Below are positions 55,900 through 64,000 of a DNA stretch of 64,000 bases, piece by piece. This DNA comes from Octopus vulgaris. Its lineage: Eukaryota. Position 1 is the first letter of the stretch, and each line of letters starts with the position of its first letter. Made by a program: the position numbers and the translations under genes. The notes under the pieces were generated by a model that was not told the DNA's origin, ran no database searches, and saw only the letters and a program-made list of their open reading frames with translations. The DNA lies in assembly GCA_951406725.2 (NCBI GenBank), contig OX597825.1, positions 79,422,001 through 79,486,000 of the forward strand. Reading direction: 5' to 3'.

Positions 55900-56002
55900 T
55901 AATATTATTAGTGAATTGAAGAAATGGAGTTGAACGAAGATTGAACAGGATTTCTGTTCAATCTTCGTTCAACTCCATTTCTTCAATTCACTAATAATAT
56001 TA
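55900..56002. repeat. Perfect 49-bp inverted repeat with a 5-nt loop
   Basis: 55900-55948 is the exact reverse complement of 55954-56002. Confidence 0.95.
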
Positions 56003-56124
56003 TATATATATATATATGTGTGTATGTATGTATTTGTGTGTGTGGTGCAATCGTTTAGTGAGTTTGACTGTTGGCTAAAAGGTTGGTGGTTGAAGTCCAC
56101 CCAGGGATGTACAGCATATTTTTT

Positions 56125-56470
56125 GTGAAGGTGCATGGCTCAGTGGTTAGAGCTCGGGCTTGCAATCATGAGGTAGTGAGTTCGATTCCTGGATCGAGCT
56201 GTGTGTTGTGTTCTTGAGCAAGACCCTTTATTTCACGTTGCTCCAGTTCAGCTCAGCTGTAGAAATGAGTTGCAACGTCACTGGCGTCAAGTTATATCGT
56301 CCTTTGTCTTTCTCTTGGATAACATCAGTGGCATGGAGAGGGGAGACTGGTATGTATGGGTGACCTGCTGGTCTTCCATAAACAACCTTACCTGGACTTG
56401 TGCCTCGGAGGGTAACTTCCTAGGTGCAATCCCATAATCTCATGGTCATTCATAACTAAAGGGGGTCCTT
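56125..56470 (+). mobile_element. tRNA-derived SINE family C with a CORE-like domain (partial copies ~27480-27700, ~52812-53070, ~57435-57620)
   Basis: A box TGGCTCAGTGG, B box GAGTTCGATTCC, then TTGAGCAAGAC...CAGCTGTAGAAATG. Confidence 0.75.
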
Positions 56471-56825
56471 TTTTTATATACACTCATGCAACCACTACAC
56501 ATCTGTTCTTCCCAGTCTTTTGTACTCGCTCTGTCCTCTAATCACCTTCTTGTACTTTAACAGCACATTCTGACTCCTCATTACCGCCATCTTCATCTCT
56601 CTTTCCAGCTCCCCCCTGATTGCTCCTACCCACTTTTATATATAAGGTAGCTGTGTCTCTCCTCTACAGCATAAAACCATCTCCTTTTCTACTATACTCT
56701 CATTCAGTCAAGGGAGATCCTTAGCTAGGTGAGTTACATGGTGACCTCACAAGTGTTGGCCATATGGAAAAGGCACTCGGTACACACTGTGAAGTGGTTG
56801 GCATTAAGAAGGTCATCCAGCTGTA

Positions 56826-57128
56826 TGTTTGTTCCTTCTTGAGCCATGCCTGGCTCATAAGGGCCGGTTTTCCGGTTTCCTTGGCATATAGGTTCCCCAC
56901 CTGGATGGGATGCCGGTCCGTTGCATGTGAGCTGCAAGATGCAGGAGGAAAGAGTGAGAGAAAGTTGTGGTGAAAGTGTCAGCAGAAGTTCGTCATTACC
57001 TTCTGCCTGAGCCGTGTGGAGCTTAGGTGTTTTTGCTCATAAACACACACATCACCTGGTCTGAGATTCGAACCTGTGATCCCTCAACCACGAGTCCGCT
57101 GCTCTAACCACTAGGCCATGTGCCTCCA
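56826..57128 (-). mobile_element. tRNA-derived SINE family D with 12-bp TSD, nested in another repeat
   Basis: TSD CATCCAGCTGTA at 56814-56825 and 57129-57140; minus-strand A box TGGCCTAGTGG and B box GGTTCGAATC. Confidence 0.85.
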
Positions 57129-57936
57129 CATCCAGCTGTATAAACCAGGCCAAAGTAGACATTGGAGCATGGTCCAGTTATCTGATTCTTTCGGTTGTTA
57201 AACTGTCAGTGTGGAAGGTAGATGTTAAACGATAATGACACTTGTGTGTTTGTATGATACTAATGAATAGTGAAATGAAAAGAAGAAAAAAAATGTTTGG
57301 TGCGTGGAACAAAAGTACATTGTAGTGTTACAACTCTTTCTATGATGATACACTTAAACATTTCATAGCATAAATACCAACATGAGTTCCTGACAAAGTG
57401 GTTGGTATAATTGGTGACTAAAGCATCTTGAGTGGATGTGCATGATTTAGTGGTTAAAGTGTTGTACTTATGATTGTAAGATTGTGCTTTCAATTCCTGA
57501 ACCAGGCAACACATTTGTGTTCTTGAGCAAAACACTTCTTTCCACGTGGCTCCAGTCCACTCAGCTGGCACAATGGAGTAACTGTGCGATGGATGGACTG
57601 ACGTTCTGTTCAGCAAGGGAAAAAAATATACTTCTCAGAAGCCAGAGAACTGTCCTAATGAGCCTTAGGTTCAGGAAGAACCTTTGATCCTTTTCTTTTC
57701 TTTTTTGGAAACCCCTTTGGGGTGCAGTGCCTGAGTTTGGCAGCTGTCCAGTGACTGACACCAGTAAATGCAGTGCAAGAATAACTAAATACATAATAAA
57801 GCACTGGAAATATTTTAATAGCATCAACATTTCAAAACTTAGCACACACATTTCTAGCAAGGAAACCACCACCACCACCACCACCACCACTTTGTCATAT
57901 ATGACATATGGCATTCATTATAGATATGATATGACA

Positions 57937-57971
<35 letters not shown>

Positions 57972-58967
57972 TGCTAAGTAAGGCAGACATATCTGGTGCT
58001 TCTGATAACTTTATCCTTTCATCTCATGGACATTTTTCCCTTTAATTTTTTCCCAAAAACAATGACACGCCTCATTTGCATATACTCTTTCTTCTCTTTG
58101 CAATCTCCGTGCCCTTTCCACCCCCATCGACACTATACCATTATTAAGTAGTGGAAACCTTTGTTATCATGATTATCACTAGGATGGTAAGATGGCAGAA
58201 TTGCCGGTGCGTCAGACAAAATACTAAGTGGTATTTCTTCTGGCTCTTTATTTTTCTGAGTTCAAATCCCACCAAGGTCAGCTTTTCCTTTTGTTATTTC
58301 GGGGCTGATAAAATAAGTACCAGTTGAGTACTGGGGGTTGATGTAATTGACTAACTCCTTCCCCACCAAATTTCAGGCCTTGTGCCTATAATAGGAAGAA
58401 TTATCATTATCATTGCTTGTAGTGACTGGGTCTTGTGCCAGTGGCACGTAAAAAGCACCATTCAAGCGTGGTCGATGCCAGTACTACCTGACTGGCCCTT
58501 GTGCCGGTAGCACAAAAAAGCACCCACTACACTCTGAGTGGTTGGCATTAGGAAGGGCATCCAGCTGTAGGAACCTTGCCTGATCAGATTGGAGTCTGGT
58601 GCAGCCATCTGGTTCGCCTGTCCTCTGTCAAACTGTCCAGCCCATGCCAGCATGGAAAGCGGACGTTAAACAACGATGATGAAGATGATGACGATGATTG
58701 AGGACTCATGGCCTAGTGGTTAGGGTGTTGCGTTCACTATCACAAGATCTTGGTTTCAATTCCTAGATCGGGTGGTGCATTGGGGTTCTTGAGTAAAGTC
58801 CTTCATCTCATGTTGTTTGATGATCACTTTGACACTTGACACACTGTGCACCTGATCAGGCACCATTGATTTGATGAAGGGAGGGAGCTCATTTATGGGC
58901 ACAGCACATTCGATCACCATAAACAAATAATCTGTGCAGGTTGTTTGGCAAAAGCTGAACATTCGTA

Positions 58968-59196
58968 TACTCTTTACTCTTTTACTCTTTTCAGTCATTT
59001 GACCGCGGCCATGCTGGAGCACTGCCTTTAATCGAGCAACTCGACCCCGGGACTTATTCTTTTGTAAGCCCAGTACTTATTCTATCGGTCTCTTTTGCCG
59101 AACCGCTAAGTAACGGGGACATAACCACACCAGCATCGGTTGTCAAGCAATGCTAGGGGAACAAATACAGACACACAAACACACACACATACATAC

Positions 59197-59258
<62 letters not shown>

Positions 59259-59420
59259 GACAGGCTTCTTTCAGTTTCCGTCTACCAAATCCACTCACAA
59301 GGCTTTGGTTGGCCTGAGGCTATAGTAGAAGACACTTGCCCAAGGTGCCACGCAGTGGGACTGAACCTGGAACCATGTGGTTGGTAAACAAGCTACTTAC
59401 CACACAGCCACTCCTGCGCC
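58968..59420 (-). mobile_element. SINE family A, full length, antisense
   Basis: Near-identical reverse complement of 62717-63117. Confidence 0.9.
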
Positions 59421-59896
59421 TATGTTGTCTTTGATGGAAGAAGCCATCATCATCATCATCATTATTATTATTATTATTATCATCATTGTCATGGCAGCAA
59501 GCTGGATAGAATGGTTTCTTTTATTCTTTTACTTGCTTCAGTCATTTGACTGTGGCCATGCTGGAGCACCGCCTTTCATTGTAGGCCTAGTACTTATTCT
59601 ATCGGTCACTTTTGCTGCAGCATGGCCACAGTCAAATGACTGAAACAAGTAAAAGGATAAAAGAATAATTTTGAAATATATATATATATCAAAAATTGTT
59701 GTATAATTTCTAATTTTATGCACCCTAAATAATTCACTGGGTACAATTCAGTGTAGTTTTTGTGCAATCAGATATTTAAGAATTGTATTGATCCCCTGCA
59801 AAGCTGTAGAAATTCATGTCCCGACATTTAACCTGAAATGAATGACTGTCCTTCTGGATTGTTCTAAAATGTGTTTATGATTTGTCTTCTGTGAAG

Positions 59897-60007
59897 GGGC
59901 CGCATTTGGAAGGCTGGTCGGCGAGAGTATGTCTACATGGTTTCCAGAAGGAATTCGTAGCGGAGATGTTGTTCGGAAAATAGTTCCTGGAGGATATGCT
60001 GTGGTTG
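59897..60007 (+). CDS. CLCN2: ClC-2-like exon M: GAAFGRLVGESMSTWFPEGIRSGDVVRKIVPGGYAVVG; phase 1-1
   Basis: tgaAG acceptor / GTaagt; near-identical to ClC-2 GAAFGRLVGESM..WFP.GI...IVPGGYAVVG; 111 nt. Confidence 0.97.
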
Positions 60008-60034
60008 GTAAGTATATACGCACAAGTGCATGTG

Positions 60035-60099
<65 letters not shown>

Positions 60100-60140
60100 A
60101 GACACACACACAGACACACACACAGACAGACACACAGACA

Positions 60141-60191
<51 letters not shown>

Positions 60192-60588
60192 TCACACACA
60201 CTTTCAAAACTACTACCATCACTATCATCATTGGGGTCAAAGTAATTCACTTATCACCTCTGCCAGAATTGCTGGCCTTGTGCCAAAATTCGAAATCAAT
60301 ATTTTGATAATGTTTATTTTGATACTGTTAGTATTTAGTTAATGTCTACAATACTTTGATAATGTTCTTATTATCATCATCTGTTTTGTATGCTACCATT
60401 CGTTGGACAATTCAACAGGACCCAAGGAGCCAGAGAACTGTGTCAAGTTCCAGTGTCTGTTTTGACATAGTTTTTGTGGCTGGATGCCTTTCCTTAGATA
60501 ATGCTCTACTATTCAGATAATGTTGTTTTATTTTGATAATGTCTTATATAACACCATGTGTTTTAAAATCTTCTAATAACCTCTTCAG

Positions 60589-60686
60589 GTGCGGCAGCCC
60601 TCTCTGGAAGCGTAACGCGTACAATATCCACATCTGTGATAGTATTTGAACTCACTGGTCAGATTAGCCATGTGTTGCCTGCTGTG
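60589..60686 (+). CDS. CLCN2: ClC-2-like exon N: [33 protein letters not shown]; phase 1-0
   Basis: cttcAG / GTaagt; FELTGQ motif; 98 nt. Confidence 0.97.
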
Positions 60687-60706
60687 GTAAGTTGTTATTC
60701 TTATTA

Positions 60707-61067
60707 ATTACTTCCACCCTTAGCGAAGGTGGAGGTGTTGTTTTCAGTTGTATTTGTTTGTTTGGTTGATTGCTTTGGACAAGATATCTCAAGAACCGCT
60801 GGATGGATTCGGATGAAACTTTCAGGGATGTTTGGCCTCAAACTGATTAGATTTTGGGACTGATTCAGTACCGGACAAGGATTCTGGATCATTTTTCTGT
60901 TTTTATTTTTTACTTAATTTTTGAGATTGGTCGGGTTCATTTTTAGTTCACTCGTTTGTGAGAGCAGTTGAGTTTATTTCAGATATTCTCATTTTAAAAA
61001 TCATCTCCGGCGAATTGTTGAGAAGACATTGGTGTTGCTTGGTGGAGATTTGAGCTCTCTGAGTGCT
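60707..61067 (+). mobile_element. Helentron-associated (DINE/HINE-like) non-autonomous element
   Basis: 5' ACTTCCACC..GGTGGAGGT short inverted repeat, GTTT microsatellite, 3' TTGGTGGAG followed by a short CTCTCTGAG stem-loop. Confidence 0.6.
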
Positions 61068-62716
61068 CCTGTGATTATAGTTACTTCACAGAATCGGTAA
61101 AATGCTGGAGAAAATTGATTTGAACACGTTTAGTTATAACTTGTGTTGAAACACTACCAAGGTTGACTTAGCCTTTAATCTCTTCTGGATTTAAGAAATA
61201 AGTACCAGTCAGGTGCTGGTGTTGATGTATGTGAATTTAGTGTCTTAGAAATAATTTTGTTACTGTTTCAAATCCCTCCAGATTCACCATTACCATTTAT
61301 CTCCCCTGGGTTCTCATCAATGATTGTGGTTGCATTAGTTGGCTACAATAAATTACTTTGTCTGCTTGTGTATTGGTGTGTGTTTCATCATCATTTTAAC
61401 ATCCTCTTCCAATGTTTACACGTGTTTGTGTGTATGCATATATCACTCTGTAAAGTGGTTGGTTTTAGGAATGGCATCTGCCCATAGAAACCATCCCAAG
61501 GTAGATCTTCTGGCTTGTCAGTTTCTTTTGAACCATCCAATCTATACCAGTGTGGAAAGCAGACATTAAACAGCAATGATGTTGATGATGATGATGTGTA
61601 TGTGTGAAACTATTATAAAAAATTCGCTTGTTTTTTTTTTATCCTGGGTGAGATCTGTGATCCAAGGCATTCCACCCATGACCATTGCATTGCATTTTAT
61701 ATTGGGTAATTTTGATTTTTGTCCTTTCAGGGTTGATATAAATAAACTACCAGTTACATACGTAGGTCTGTGGTGTGCAAAATTTAAGGTCTTGTGCCTG
61801 TGCTAGAAACCTTATTAGGCTTGGCTGTGCAGTTAAGGAGTTTGCTTCCTAGCCACATGATTTCAAGTTCAGTCCCACTGCACAGCAGCTTCAGCAAGTC
61901 TCTTTTACTAAATCCCCAGGTTGACCAGAGCCTTGTGAGTAGAAGCTGGAAGGAACCTGTCCAATGTGTGTAAATGAGAGTCACCGTCCTGCAAGTGGTG
62001 TTGTTTGTTTCCAATCTTTCCTAAAAAGCGATGCCCAGTACTGGAAAAGTATTATTTTGTCTAGGGTTGGTGGCAGGAAGGGCATCCAGTTGTGAAAAAT
62101 CTACCCCAATGACCTCTGTCCGATCCATGCAGGCATGAGGCATGGAAAAGTGTATGTTAAAATGGTGATGATGTTTGTGAAAGAGTGGCAGAAATGGTAG
62201 AGTGACATGCTGCCACGTGGACATAAGGACGTTCGTTCATTTGTTACTTTTTCCTTGTCTTGACATTGCCTGATAGTTGTAAGTGAGTGTCACTGTCGTA
62301 CAAGCAGTGTCGTTCATTTCCAGTCTTCTGTGAAAACATCTTTGGCCTTGGGGAAATATTACCTATTTCTTTACTACCCACAAGGGGCTAAACACAGAGG
62401 GGACAAACGAGGACAGACAAATGGATTAAGTCGATTACATCGACCCCAGTGCGTAACTGGTACTTAATTTATCAACCCTGAAAGGATGAATGGCAAAGTC
62501 GACCTTGGCAGAATTTGAACTCAGAATGTAGCAGCAGACGAAATACAGCTACGCATTTCGCCTGGCATGCTAACATTTCTACCAACTCGCTGCCTTGGGG
62601 AAATATTACCTTGCTTAGAAACAGGTGAATGTTGGCAACAGGAAAGACATCCAGCTGTGAAAAATCTGCATCTGTAAACTTTGTTTGACCCATGCAAGTA
62701 TGGAAAAGTGGCCATA

Positions 62717-63117
62717 GGCGCAGGAGTGGCTGTGTGGTAAGTAGCTTGCTTACCAACCACAAGGTTCTGGGTTCAGTCCCACTGCGTGGCACCTTGGGCA
62801 AGTGTCTTTTACTATAGCCTTGGGCCGACCAAAGCCTTGTGAGTGGATTTCGTAGACGGAAACTGAAAAGAAGCCCTTTGTATATATGTATATATATATG
62901 CGTGTGTGTGTGTTTGTCCCCCTAGCATTGCTTGACAACCGATGCTGGTGTGTTTATGTTTCCGTTACTTAGCAGTTCGGCAAAAGAGACCAATAGAATA
63001 AGTACTGGGCTTACAAAACGAATAAGTCCTGGGGTCGAGTTGCTCAATTAAAGGCGGTGCTCCAGCATGGCCGCAGTCAAATGACTGAAACAAGTAAAAG
63101 AGTAAAAGAGTAAAGAG
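62717..63117 (+). mobile_element. tRNA-derived SINE family A, full length. Other copies: ~2323-2766(-), ~6985-7385(+), ~11460-11865(-), ~15030-15485(+), ~17445-17836(-), ~20869-21283(+), ~43255-43530(-)
   Basis: A box TGGCTGTGTGG, B-box-like GGTTCAGTCCC, internal (TA)/(TG) microsatellite, tail GGCGGTGCTCCAGCATGGCCGCAGTCAAATGACTGAAAC(AAGAGTAA)n. Confidence 0.9.
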
Positions 63118-63196
63118 TATTAAAATGATGATGATGATGATGATAGAATAAAGTACACTCGTCCTGGCTGACATGTTACCATTTTTTACCTTGCAG

Positions 63197-63312
63197 GTTG
63201 CTGTGTTGATTGCCAATGCAGTTGCACATTTTTTGCAGCCTTCCTTCTATGACAGCATCATTCGGTTAAAAAGGCTGCCCTATCTGCCTGACCTCATCAA
63301 CACTAAACAAGA
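63197..63312 (+). CDS. CLCN2: ClC-2-like exon O: [38 protein letters not shown]; phase 0-2; gene continues past the window
   Basis: ttgcAG / GTaagt; QPS.YDSII..K.LPYLP with central Tyr; 116 nt. Confidence 0.97.
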
Positions 63313-63598
63313 GTAAGTAGTTTCTTGAGTTTCACTATTTTACTTCCTCTCCGCTTTTTCCTTCTTCTTCAAAAAATTATTTCTTGGTTTTCAGTTATAG
63401 ATGTTTCCATGCCAAGTCTTGAAAATCGAATTTGAAACAAATTGGTTAGAATTCTGCTTAACCCTGTATTGAAATTCGTCAATAGTAGCATTGGCCTTTA
63501 GTCGTTAGAACTGAATTCGTAAAGTGATAGGACATAATTTGAAAACATAACTGTTTTACATAATAATGCCTGCATTATTATTATTTTTATTATTATTA

Positions 63599-63647
<49 letters not shown>

Positions 63648-64000
63648 TATTATTATTACCACCACTACTACTACTACTACTATTATTATTATTAAATGTG
63701 GCAAGCTTGCTCTTGTGGCAAATGAAAATTTCCTTACCGTTCCCTATTTTGAGGAACCTTCATTTGTCGACTCAAGAGAGAAGTGGTACAGCATGAATGA
63801 GCATTGAGGTTGGTAGAAACAACTGGCCAAGAGTCACAACCTCTGACTCAACGCAGCCCATGCTGTTGTGTGGGAGTTTTGTTGGCCACATTGGTGGGTG
63901 ACCCTAGGCAACTCTAGTGTCACAGCAAAAGGGGCCAAAACTTGCCGAATCGTTAGCACACCGGGCGAAATGCTTAGCAGTATTTCGTCTGCTGCTACGT

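Noticed and set aside
56125-57128. tRNA-like A/B-box sequences
   Set aside because: They are SINE heads followed by SINE bodies or TSDs; no complete cloverleaf was evident.

Overview
AT-rich, microsatellite- and SINE-dense eukaryotic DNA. The repeat families suggest an octopus (coleoid cephalopod) genome, which is an inference from recalled repeat sequences. The window lies inside one + strand gene, a ClC-1/ClC-2-type voltage-gated chloride channel (CLCN2/ClC-a-like). I reconstructed 15 GT-AG coding exons (1672-63312; 1631 nt, about 543 codons) whose phases chain without a break. They cover the N-terminal inactivation peptide and helices B-R, with GSGIPE, GKEGP, IEV, GVFVP and the central Tyr. 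The first exon and the CBS-domain exons lie outside the window. Main surprise: the 70-nt exon carrying the GxFxP selectivity-filter motif is present twice, identical, in a ~1.33-kb tandem duplication, and including both copies frameshifts the protein. The introns also hold several minimal type-I hammerhead-ribozyme-like motifs in Penelope-like relics, perfect hairpins, a LINE insertion flanked by a long duplication, and Tc1/mariner, pogo, hAT, piggyBac, Helitron, RTE, R4/Dong and SINE relics. Almost all ORFs in the supplied track are microsatellite or repeat noise. All analysis was by eye; no searches were run.
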